A DNA stretch of 64,000 bases from Microthyrium microscopicum (Eukaryota): contig MU004236.1 in NCBI GenBank assembly GCA_010405405.1, forward strand, positions 1,370,070-1,434,069, written 5' to 3'. Made by a program: the position numbers and the translations under genes. Under the pieces are notes generated by a model, which was given only the letters and a program-made list of their open reading frames with translations, was not told the origin of the DNA and made no database searches. Shown piece after piece: positions 11,401 through 23,055 of this stretch (position 1 is the first letter of the stretch; the number at the start of each line of letters is the position of its first letter).

Positions 11401-12834
11401 ATGCGCAGCTCAATATGGCGCTTGACGCGCAGATTACAAGATAGATCCGCTTTCTATGCACCTTCTCAAGCATGGGTGTGTAGGGGATGTCAACAGAGAC
11501 TCAACTCCACCACAACCTCCACCAATGAACCTATAACGGTCCAAGAACATCAGTATGAAACTGATGAATGGACCAATGCTCCCGCGCAAATACTTTCTTC
11601 AGTTTCCCGAAGGTTACATTTGCAGAAAGATCATCCAATAACCATCACACGGAAGATCATTGAGTCGCGTTTTCCCGGATTCAAGACACACAATTCCCTG
11701 TTTCCCGTGGTCACGACCTATCAGAACTTTGATTCATTAGGCTTTCAACCAGACCATCCAGGACGAAGTAGGACAGATACATACTATGTCAACAAAAACA
11801 CGGTGCTGAGAACCCATACTTCAGCACATCAAGCTGATGTCTTCCGTGCCAATGAAAGCGACGGCTACCTCATTAGCGCAGATGTATATCGAAGAGATGC
11901 AGTTGACAGAAGCCATTACCCCATCTTTCATCAGATGGAGGCAGCATTGACCTGGGACAGCAACTCTCTAAATGGGGAATCACTAGCCAAACGGGTATGG
12001 GAAGACCTAGAGGCTTTACCCAAAAACTCCATCGAAGTCCTTGACGAGAACCCAACAATACACCCAGAACGCAACCCCCTCCAACAAGAGCACAAGCAAG
12101 AAGACGTCGAAGCAATAGCCGCGCATCTAAAAAAGTCCCTCGAAAATGTCGTCGTCGAGATCTTCGCCCGAGCAGCTGAATCCTCCAAATCCACCACCAA
12201 CAACGTAACAGAAGCACCACTAAAAGTCCGCTGGGTCGAAGCCTACTTCCCCTTCACCTCACCCTCCTGGGAACTCGAAGTTTTCTGGCAAGACGAATGG
12301 CTCGAAGTTCTCGGCTGCGGCGTCGTCAAACAACAACTCCTCAACAACGCCGGCGTCCCCACCCGCAGCGGCTGGGCTTTTGGCATAGGACTCGAACGAA
12401 TCGCCATGATCCTCTTCAACATCCCCGACATCCGGCTCTTCTGGTCACAAGATCCGCGCTTTCTCTCCCAATTTAGCGAATCTGCCCAGCCGCTTGTGAG
12501 CCGCTTTGTCCCGTTTAGCAAACACCCAGCCTGCTACAAAGACATATCCTTCTGGCTGCGTAGCAGCAGTGCGGCAGGCGGTATGGTCAAAGGCACAACG
12601 TCCGATTTCCACGAAAACGACTTTATGGAGCTGGTCAGGGATGTTTGTGGGGATTTGGTGGAGGATGTGCGGCTGACGGATGAGTTTGCGCATCCGAAGA
12701 GTGGGCGCAGGAGTATGTGCTATCGGATTAATTACAGGAGTTTGGAGCGGACGTTGACGAATGAGGAGACGAATGGGATGCATGAGCGGGTTCGGCAGGC
12801 GCTTGTGGAGAAGATGGGCGTTGAGTTACGATGA
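11401..12834 (+). CDS. MSF1: Mitochondrial phenylalanyl-tRNA synthetase (monomeric, with FDX-ACB anticodon domain)
   Basis: Arg-rich presequence, then LRTHTSAHQ, YRRDAVDRSHYPIFHQME, YFPFTSPSWELE, GWAFGIGLERIAM and a C-terminal DISFW...CYRINYRSLERTLT. Intronless, 477 aa. Confidence 0.96.
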   Translation: MRSSIWRLTRRLQDRSAFYAPSQAWVCRGCQQRLNSTTTSTNEPITVQEHQYETDEWTNAPAQILSSVSRRLHLQKDHPITITRKIIESRFPGFKTHNSLFPVVTTYQNFDSLGFQPDHPGRSRTDTYYVNKNTVLRTHTSAHQADVFRANESDGYLISADVYRRDAVDRSHYPIFHQMEAALTWDSNSLNGESLAKRVWEDLEALPKNSIEVLDENPTIHPERNPLQQEHKQEDVEAIAAHLKKSLENVVVEIFARAAESSKSTTNNVTEAPLKVRWVEAYFPFTSPSWELEVFWQDEWLEVLGCGVVKQQLLNNAGVPTRSGWAFGIGLERIAMILFNIPDIRLFWSQDPRFLSQFSESAQPLVSRFVPFSKHPACYKDISFWLRSSSAAGGMVKGTTSDFHENDFMELVRDVCGDLVEDVRLTDEFAHPKSGRRSMCYRINYRSLERTLTNEETNGMHERVRQALVEKMGVELR

Positions 12835-15800
12835 TAAATGGGATTACTTGTGAGGATTTGAGTGGTGGCGCTGTTGTTATGTTGCATTTTACCGAGTGTA
12901 TCATATTGTATCGCTACTTTTTTGACATGTTTTCAGGGGTGTACTCTAGGGAAAAGGAATCAATGTTAGGTGTGGTTCTAAATTTGGAGCTGTATACATA
13001 AATGTGATATTGCGATTAGCATTGTCAGTATAGTTGCTCGTTTTGAATTCCATATCACTACTCTACAACTTGTTACAGATAATATAGAAAAAACCAATAT
13101 TCGCCGGAAGGCAGTGATCAATATCACAGCAGCCCGCTGAGTCTGGTGTACTGGTAACTAAATGGATTCGTGACTTTACATTTTTGCAATGTCAAAGACT
13201 TAAGGTCCGATTGAACAGCTAACATGATGATACAGGAGCACACCACCAGAATGGTATAGTCGAGTTGTGGTGGTTGAGAGGCGTAGATAGCATGTTTCGG
13301 GCTGATATGTCCTGAGTTGACGTACATCTTCTGAGACTGCATGTCACAGGTACTCAGGATACTGAAAATGAGATATTACACTCGATGACAGTGCTCAAGC
13401 CCTCATCGATCAAGCTACTCTCGACTGGTAAGGAGATGCAGAAAGTGGATATAGCAGGATTCTTCGAAGGATTTACATATTTTCTTGTCAGAACAGATAA
13501 ATGATACTGGCATGGAATCTAGGTAGCCAAGGGAACGCAAATGCTGGTTAAGATGTTGGCACCACTAGCTCACGTCTTAAACGATCTAAGCTTTCAATGT
13601 GGTATGATAGAAGTGTTTAGAAGGCTGGGCTGATTATTGGCACTACTCTAGAAGTATGTTGAAAGTCTTTGTGACATCGCCCAGACTTGTGGAAGGAGAT
13701 ATATGCAGCCAAGACAGGCTGTGATGATCTTTGCGAAGGAAGCTGTTCTCGGCAGAGTATCATCTAATCATTCTGTCCAGAGTAGCAACTACCAAGTACA
13801 CCGGCGGTATATTTCACATATTATCGACTATCGTGAACGAGTCACCATACGCTCGCTCACTCACAGGCTGATACTCAAGGCGCCACCAAAACTCATGAAG
13901 ATTGGAAGCCTTTCCTAGAGTATACGGGCTGCAGAGTTCCCATGACATTTCCATTCAGAGTAGTCGACCATAAACGCAATTGGTGTTTCGCTACCACACT
14001 GAATCCTACAAAGCAGCTATCACCTACCTGCAGGAAGCTAACAAGAGGAAGCTAACGAAGTGACAATCGGCAAGACTAAAACAAAGAGCTGAAATGTTTC
14101 AACACTTACATCTTCCTCTCAAGGAGACCCTGGCTTTGCTATACTGTACTTCTTTCGTCCAGGCAGTTTCCTTGCTCTCACACTTCCTCAGATCAGAAAC
14201 GTGGAAGCGGAGCATATATCCAGTTTAGTATCCAAATAGATAAGCTTCGAATGAGCTAACCTTGTTTTATTGCTCAATATCTGTTTGAAAGTCGCACTGG
14301 TAGAGAAATGTGTTGAGCGGTAAGCATAAATGCTACCCGGAAGCTCTGCCGGCAGGGTACCAAGACGAAAAGTGCGGAGAAGGTCCATTCACATTTGACG
14401 ATCCGCCTCCAACAAAAATTCCAACTTTTTAATTGGAAGGAGAGGCTGGAAAAGGTTTGCTGTACCTACCAGAGTATCAAATGATCAACTAGACGGGCCG
14501 AATAGACATGCTGAAGTGTGCTTCTGATTCCTGGTCAAACCAGCGTTTGGCTAGAACAAATCTTGCCCGTTCCTGTCAAGAAGGCGGGTTGGACACATGG
14601 AGTGCTAGAGTAGAGTAGTAAGGAACAGGACACTTACGCTTGCTAGCCACTGACCAAGTCCAAACAAGTCAAAGTTGCCGCGTAACCGACTATCGATTGG
14701 TCTGCATGAAAGTTGTTTTGAACGTGCCTGTAAGCTGTACCTGTTCCCGCCGCCACTAGGTCGTTCACCGACTCGCAACTGCGCCGATTCGGTCGATTTG
14801 ACAGGTGTGTTAGTTTAATGTCAAATTTCGTCAGAGTGTGGATGGCGCCTGTCAAACTTTTGTGAATTAGTTAAAGTTATTGGATGGTTGGTGAGTTGGA
14901 GTTGGATTGACAAATCTATTTACTACTCAAGTGGTCACTGGCTTTGTACATCAGTACCGCCAAGTTAAGGTATGGCATAACGACTCGTAGACTACCTATT
15001 GACGGAAGATTTTCATACAGATGTTTATTATCCGAAGCTACCAATGATTTGATGTAGATCTTTCCGATGAAGATTAACGAGCTAGATTTGGTCTATAGCG
15101 GGTGGCCTGAATATTGCAAAAAATTCCATTGAGCAATGCTCAAGCCTGAGTTTCTGGGGAGGTACTCTAATGTTTTAGACCTCCCTTGCGTTCGTCAACT
15201 GCAGACTAGCGCACGATTAATGCACCCAGATGGATTCGTGATTGAAGAAATTTTGCAGCAACCCATGGCAGATTATTGAAGTCTAGTGTATGGAAGCTCT
15301 TTTGCAACAAGGCCTCTGCGTCTGCATATGATGGCTGCGAACTATTGTCAACTACTGCTGCAATTTTCACCGAGTATTGTAGGACATGATTGATGTTGAG
15401 AGGCGTTGTTCCTGCTCAAGCTCCATGAAAACGTGCCGTCTCTCGTTGAGTTGGAGTTTGGTTCCTGGCTAACGACAGTAGTTGAACGCAGGAACACTAC
15501 AGAAAACAGAACTCCCACATGGTAGCAGGCTATCCTGGTAATATCAGGATGCTCTCTGGTATGATATTGCCCACGTTTACAGTGAGGGTCTGTAAGGGTC
15601 TAGAGTACTCTATTGCACGAGTTCCATCTTCTGGCCTCTCCACTCCACACCCTCCCATCGACAAAGCCAAGATATGGAGACGCGGGTAGATTGTGGGGTA
15701 TGTAAGATTGCTTAAGAAATCAGTGGACATGTGAACTTGTGAAGCAGTGGCTTTCCTTCACACCGTCGTGACTTTGTTAAGGACCGGTTCTGCTGTACTT

Positions 15801-17232
15801 GTTCCTGAATGGCTGGCTCAAGCCGCTTGGCCCGTGGGCTGATCTTTTCAACGGCGACTAGGCTATATCTTATCTAGTCCCATATTATACCGTAGAATTT
15901 AGACTCCTTGAGAAGTTGAGGCAAAGTCGCAATAATGCTGACGACCTCTGACTCTTTGCACATGTACCAGCCTTTCTTCAGCACTCTTTTCCCTCATCTC
16001 TTGATTCTCCCCAGTAAAAAGTCGAGTACACCAGCGAGGTCGGATCATGGTCGTCGCTGACTGGCTCCCCGCATTCGATCCTAGCGGCCATGCGGCTGAC
16101 TTCAAGGAAATTCGGGAGGTTGAGCCGTAATGAAGTATTATCTCCCGCACGAGGACAGGCATGCACTGAACAATCAAGACCAAGTCTTATCTGTAGACCG
16201 AGGTCAAGACGGAGACATTGATTCCTTAAGATTTTTGCTGGGAAAGGAAGAAAAGTTTCGGAGACCTTGAAACGAGGCGAGTGCTGCCGGTATTGAGCAT
16301 ACCGGTATTGGAGTACTCGAAAACACGAGCTTGCAACCAGGTACAAGTGTCTACAGTACTATCTATACAGTTTCTCCAAAATCGCGAGACAAGAAAAGCA
16401 TTTTCCTAAAGCCTACGGGAATTGGAAATCTGATCGGACACTAGTGCTCTACAGAGGTACCTGTACATCTTGATGGAGTAGTTCGATGCTGCAGAGATCG
16501 GTTCCCCGCCACCACAGACCTACTCCAAATGGATGGCGAGCACCAACCGCCATCCTTTTAAAATGGTGATGAAATTGTGCCGTTGCTGGAATTCACAAAA
16601 AGAAGTTCAAGCCGAAAAGGAGCGAAACTCCAGTCTCAACCTAAAAGGCAAGACAAGGGAAATTACCTTTACGGTTCCCTGGCAGTTTGACTGCATCTTG
16701 ATCTGTCTTCTGGACCAAGTCTTTCTACTAAGTGGTGTGAAAGAGAGAACAGAGACTCAAAGATACCATGAAAAAATCCTACTCTGCAACAAAATAACCA
16801 CTCAACGACACCGCTAAAAGTACTTTTGAGTACAAGTACATTCATGCTCCCTTCTAGCCATCATGCATCGACCGCATGGATGGCGTTTCAGTTGACGGTA
16901 CCTGGTTCGCTACTCCGTACTGCACCTCCATCGCCCATGTCTTAGTTTCTTTTAGTGCTATGCCTCTTCCTCATCTCTTCATGAAGAATCGAAGCTAACG
17001 GATTCTTGATGCTAGCTGTCAGTCTAGGATCACCAAATGACTTATCCTCTTTCGGCTTCGTCGTTGTTCGTGATACTAGACCAGTCGCAGGCTCGCAGCT
17101 ATGTTAAAGCAGACCGAGTCGCTCATCCACACCATGGTGCAGGGCGCCTTGTTTGATGAAATCTCGCCTCTGCTTCATGCTCCGAGTCGTTGATCCTGCG
17201 TTTTATGTATTAATCAAACCTAATTCCCCAAC

Positions 17233-19084
17233 ATGGCTCCCATTGTACATTGGATGAAAGACGTTCTTCACGCCCGAGTGAGTGTTTATATTCCAAAGGA
17301 AACAGTGTTTGCAAATCATCCCACAAGAACATCTACTACTGCAATTCCGTTTGATATACACAGTGCCGCCCCAATGGAGCACATAGGAAGCAAGTCGGAG
17401 CCTACCACCCCGGATCAAAAAAATGGCGATACTGCTTCTCTCACTCCAAGTCGACCATCCGTCTTGAACAGATATCAACTATGGCCAAGGATGAAAAAAC
17501 ACCGAAGACAAGGCAGTGATGATGTTGTGCGAGATATTGTGCGAGCCCCGCAAGGGAGATCTCCATCATCATTGAGCGATACATCTGTGCCTGCACCTAT
17601 ACTACCCGCTGTCAATTATCGAGGTAGCTCCTTATCACGGAGAAGGAAAATCAGTGTTCCTGAGCTACGTCGAAAGCCAGCACCGGAGAACATGGCACAA
17701 CCTCTTGTCGATTCTCGTGAGTATGAACCTTAGTACAATTATGTTATCACTAACAATTCCAAGCTACGATCCCTGGCCGTCCTGCTCTACGATCCGTATC
17801 TTCTGACCTAGCTCAACATGAAAGATCTAGCAGTTGTCCAGATGAGCCCTGGAAAAGGCGGCCTCTAGAAATGGAAACCTTGGAACGAAAATCACTTGAC
17901 CATCGACCTAGTCCTCCAAAGTCGTCATGGCCGCTCCCGGCAGCAGATTGGATGTCTTATAATCCAACAAGACCACTTTCTCCTATCTTCTCACCTATCG
18001 AGAGTACCACACCAATTACTGGTGTCAACCCAGAGAGTACCCCTGAGACATTCGACATACCGCCACAGGTACCACCAAAGTCAGAGTGTCCTTCGACACC
18101 AACCATACCACCACGAAAAGTGAGCACAAAACTTCGATTACAGCAAAACGAAACTAACATACCTCTCTAGGAATCTTTAAAGTCAAGCCAGCTACCTGTT
18201 GAAACTCCACCTCCACACATCTCACAAGCCGCCTTGAGTAGACCTAGAACACCTTCGGCTCATAGCGACAAGAGCTCCCCGATCAGAAGAACTATGACCT
18301 CTTCCCCAAAACTTTCCATATCAATTCCATCCTCAATACCTGAAGATATGTGCTCTCTGTTGGATAGGGGAAGACCAATGGTTCGCCAAAAGTCGCACCA
18401 TGAGTCAGCAATTGTCGATTACGCAGCTTTGCCTACAGGGCTTCGTCCCATAGAAGCTGCTTTCATGCTTCCGGAAAACGAGAAGGAACTACTTCGGAAA
18501 CAAGCGTCAAATCAAGCAGAGCGTTATGAGATACTCGGCTCTCGACACGTTAACTCAATGTCAAGGGTATTTATTCTACTCTTATCCTATCTGTTACATT
18601 CACTTACTTTGACTAGGAACTCCGAAACCTTGATGAGCGGTGTGAATACCTTCGAAAGACTTACAAGTCTCTTCGCGCTGGTCGGAAAAAGCTACAAGAC
18701 CGTCTCCTAAGCTATCTCAAGAGCGAAAGTCTCGTTTTCTCCAAAGATCGTCTACTCAAGCAACAGGAAGCTTTAGTAGAGCTTGACCGTGCCATTGACG
18801 ATTGGGCCAACAAACTCGAACACGCAGAAAATCGCCGCCTTCGAGTTCGACAGAAGCTTCTCGAGCATGTTGCTGCCTCCATGATGCTCAACATTGCCAA
18901 TGTCCAACCCGCATACTCCCTTGAGACACCTCCCACTAGTGGCAAACACCCCGAGCCAACTGAACCGTTACGCGTTGATCGAAAGGACATTGAGTCTATC
19001 AAGATCTACGCTGATACACAAGTGCTTAATCTATTTACAGATATTGAGCAAGCAATTGCCGGCATGTGTGAGCCAGCTTGTTAG
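17233..19084 (+). CDS. Up-regulated-during-septation (Uds1) domain coiled-coil protein
   Basis: Introns 17717-17763, 18120-18170 and 18567-18617 join four ORF pieces. The C-terminal ELRNLDERCEYLRKTYKSLRAGRKKL...RRLRVRQKLLEHVAA matches the Uds1-like pattern. The N-terminus is Pro/Ser-rich. Confidence 0.8.
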
Positions 19085-19496
19085 AAGCCTGTCTATCTTA
19101 CACCCCCTTGATGTGCCCCACGATGTTTATGTTTTGCATTCCTCTATTTTGGACATTTCGTTTGGCTGTATTCTAACAAAGCTTTTGCATCCCCAAGCAT
19201 TATGTTGGCCCAGCACCTGGGTTTTGGATCTACCCATTATTTGTATCATAATGTTTCTACGACGAGACGGCCTCTAAATACCAGAGCGGGTTGTATTATT
19301 AGAAGCTTAACCCAAAAAGTGGTGTTTGGTTCGCGGGCTGCATTCCTTCCTTGATCTGGTTGTATGCACACATTCATTCCCATTTTATTTATGACCATTT
19401 AAATATCTATATGATATCATTACTTGTGCTATCCATATTGTTCTACTTTACATTAAGTGATACAAGTGTCCGTATACCATTTTTTGACAACACCGA

Positions 19497-20284
19497 TTAA
19501 ATCCAAAAGTCTGTGGTTGGTTTCGCACTCATTGGCCGCTTTGATTCTGGCTCTACATTCCACAGTCTGTTGAATCCCCGATCTCGCATACGGTAGAGTC
19601 GTAAGCGGAAGAAAAGAAATACACATGCTCCTAATAGCAACACTAATGGTGTCGCTAATCCAGCTATCACGCCCACACTCATTTGTCCATTTGCAAATCC
19701 GCTTGACTGCTGAGCACTTGATACTGGCATCGATGATTGATTCCCTGGTGCGATGTTTGCCACTGTTGTGGGCACTGAAGCATTATTCAATGCTTGATTG
19801 ATGGTTGTAGGCGCGACAGTAGCAGTAGTTGTGACAGTTTGGCGTCCACATGGCCCACCGCTGGGCCTACATCCTGCCGGACCTGATCGAGGCGGTCGGT
19901 AAAGTACCCCGAATTGTCCTTGTGCTTGGTTACAGCACGCTTGGTTGTTTTTACCGCAGCAGTAGGAGCCGTCCTGGCATTTTGTGAATGTACTTTGCAG
20001 ATCCAGTGACCCGTCACTGCCGTATACTAGATTTGTTAGTGACCCTATACTCGGGATTTGTACAGAAGAGATATACCTGGTGGGCAGGGACATGATTCCG
20101 TCGGATTTGTGCCCCAGCTTTTCTCCGTACACGATCCAGAGACTTTGTTGTTTGATTGATCGATACAGAATAAGTTGGTTGCACATAGAGCGCTCGAACT
20201 ACAACATGTTGTGACATTGGCTGTAGAGTCGCATGGTACATCTGCTGTCGGTATTCCGGCACTGCTGAAGCATTGGAGGGACAT
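19497..20284 (-). CDS. Cys-rich single-pass membrane protein (CC..C / YCCG..CC ectodomain, Ser/Thr stalk, TM), ~245 aa
   Basis: Exon 20284-20077, intron 20076-20027 (GTATAT..CTAAC..TAG), exon 20026-19497. TM VGVIAGLATPLVLLLGACVFLFF is followed by basic residues. Confidence 0.75.
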
Positions 20285-21645
20285 TGTTATATTGTCGAAG
20301 AGAGGAATCTGGTGGATGTGCGAAGTTAGTGGATGGTCGTCATAAGGAAGGAAGCGCCATGAGGACCACGTTGACTGCGGTTCCAGGCATGACTGGGCTT
20401 AAAAGAACTCGAGTTCACGCGACACATGGAAGAACTATTTATTCTCGAAGGATTACACAGTTTGTCGCTTTTCAGCGCCACAGTAGCACAGAAGTTGTTC
20501 TACCAATCTCGGGCTGCTGAATGACTGCGTTTTGGATTTGAATTTATGACGACAGGATAATCAGCTCTGATATGAAAACTAAAGCTGACATGGTTGTCGT
20601 CATGCTATGATTTCAGATAACTCAGTATTGCCCGGTAGTCTCATTTTCCTTGACTTTGTCTACCGGGTCGAATTGCTAGGCTTTGTGTTACTTCGGAACA
20701 TCGCTTGCATATCACCTCGTCGGACGAGCTCTTGGAATCCCAGTGCACCTTCCGCAATTGAAATCTTCAGATGGGGTTTAATGCTAAAGCAAGGGGTCGG
20801 ACTGAAGGCGTTTTTCGGCTCTCCAACTATCGTAACACGTACTCAGAAGTCTTTTCTGAGAAGGCTGTAGCGTACTGGGGCTCAGTCTTTAAGTAGAAGA
20901 TATGTTTAGACACCGCTTCTTCCTCAAGTTGGACTTCTCAATCGGAACAGAGTTTCCAACCATTTCTGGGGTTTGAGAGGCGCTCATGTGTGCCTCCAAA
21001 CAAGTGACCGCTGGCAGGCGGCTTCGAGTTTATGTGCCGATACACTCAGCTCGTCCTTGGAAACGCAGACTTTATGATCTCAAATGGTGCGCAATATGAC
21101 AGTATACAGGTCCCGAGAAGTGGAACGCAGTATCGCAAAGGTCTTTTGGTTTTGAGAATTGACCCAATATCCTAAAGATCTCAGGCATACTTTAACCTAG
21201 AGTACTTTTGAAGATCGCGGCTGACTTCAAGATTTGGTCCAGAGCTTCGGGCCTTGACTGATTCAAACTTGTCAGATTGCTTACCGTGATGCCCTGCCAT
21301 CATAAAGAAACTTGATATTAGGTAGAGGAAGCATGTCTTCTGCGTAGCATTGGTTGATAAAACGTTAACATTGATCGCATACTAGTTTCGGTTGCGTATC
21401 CTCCTATCGGCAATTTAGACAAGGAGACTTGGGGACAAATGAAGTCCACGAAGCAGCGGTGGAGCATTTTGGATTTTTTGAGTTTGGATTTGAGGGTGGT
21501 TCGTTCTGTATCATCCGATCTTGGTCCTGGCCCCCACAGCATCAGAAATGAGGTTTGCAACATTTTAACGCACTGCACCCAACCTCTTCTCAACACTTCC
21601 ATCTCAACATCCCCTTCACGATCCACTGCAATAATCTCTTTCATC

Positions 21646-22017
21646 ATGGACTTGTTACCAAGCGTCAATCTGCCACCGCTTGTCTTGGTGCACTCCATTT
21701 TTCTGTCGTTAGTTGGACTGCGCATGGTCTTCACGAACTCGGCAAAAAGCTCCCCAATGGCTGGCATCACCATGCTGGCTATTGGCATCGCCTATCTTTC
21801 GACATCGTATATGCCAATCGCTCAAAACCAATTTCTGCACGCAAGCGTACCGGTACGGATCCTCTTGGCTCTAGTAGCTGGCTTGAAGATGGTTGTGGAC
21901 AAGAACATAACGCAAAGCGCGCGAAACGAAATGCTGTTGGTATTCTTGTACGATGGGATTGGCGGACTGGTTTGTGGTTGGCAACTGGAAAACTTCAGCG
22001 GTAAAGTGCCCGCGTGA
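21646..22017 (+). CDS. Small multi-pass membrane protein, 123 aa, unknown function
   Basis: ATG 21646 in good context (ATCATGG). Four hydrophobic segments and a YMPIAQNQFLHASVPVR motif resembling conserved fungal hypothetical proteins. Confidence 0.7.
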   Translation: MDLLPSVNLPPLVLVHSIFLSLVGLRMVFTNSAKSSPMAGITMLAIGIAYLSTSYMPIAQNQFLHASVPVRILLALVAGLKMVVDKNITQSARNEMLLVFLYDGIGGLVCGWQLENFSGKVPA

Positions 22018-22119
22018 GCCCCGAGATCGAATGATAGAGGATTCAATGCCTGGAGCAGTAGATATCGGATGTGCTGGCAACTGAAGGTCGACGATCGATT
22101 TAAAAAGTGGCAACTTCAA

Positions 22120-23032
22120 ACGCGACTAGCGTTGAGCAGAGCCTCCTCGTTCTCATTATTCTACAGCACGCGTCTCTCTTCCTGCATATTATTTCGACCT
22201 CGATCATTCAGCCTTAGCTTCTTCAAGGAAGTGCTCTGGTTCTAGATTTCAAAGTCCTCGATATTCACCCTTGCGTCAAATCTTCGCGACTCATCCGAGC
22301 GCCTCGCGTACCCAACGCGTGCCCTTGCGCTCAAAGTCATTGTAATGGTCGACGTCTAGTCGATTCTGACAGGAATAGAATAGCTGTTTTGTGATGGCTC
22401 CAGCCAATCAAGGATCGCAACGCGGCAGTCAGAACGACATATTACCAACTTGATTGCAGAGCTTAGATGGAATATGGACATCTCTCGGCCTGGATTCATC
22501 TCCATTACTCTTTAGAACAAGAAGCACTTGCTAGGTGTTTGCAAGAGCAGGGAAAGAAGCTGACATGGTTATGTCTATGCTAAGAACCTCAACTGCGGAT
22601 GGCACTAGTATAACCAATATTCTCACTTTTTTTGGAGTGACCAAAATTCCATTGCCATTGCCCTGGAAGCTAGACTATCATGAAGAATGGAGCTTGCAAT
22701 TGGGCCTATCATTTTCCAGACCGTGGCCCCTTGTTGATCTCATTCCTCTCATGTTGATAGGAATGTGTAAACACGCGTTTTTGGGATGATGGAGTAACAT
22801 AAGGACAATAAAGCGCTTTCTTGGGTGGAAGACCTACCAAAACTCGTCAATCGCCGTTCTGACGTTCCTTTAACTGTTTTTATTCACGAAACTTGCGATT
22901 ACTTCAACCATAGACCCTCATTTTTTGGTGAGTTCATAACCTCCCAGTATGTGCAGTTCTAACAGGTCGACCTAGACACTCATTTGAACCGGTACTGGAT
23001 CCTAGGCCTCTCGATTTTAACTCGACACGCGA
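22120..23032. promoter_or_regulatory. Cluster of WCGCGW (MCB/StuA-response-like, APSES factor) motifs upstream of the giant mucin gene
   Basis: Seven matches at 22120, 22168, 22284, 22304, 22315, 22773 and 23027. Three are the perfect MCB ACGCGT. Confidence 0.45.
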
Positions 23033-23055
23033 CGAAGCATCCTTTCGCAGCCAAG

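Noticed and set aside
14974..15395. Possible pseudogene frame in the gene-empty interval
   Set aside because: Four stops in ~140 codons is near random expectation, and no motif was recognisable.
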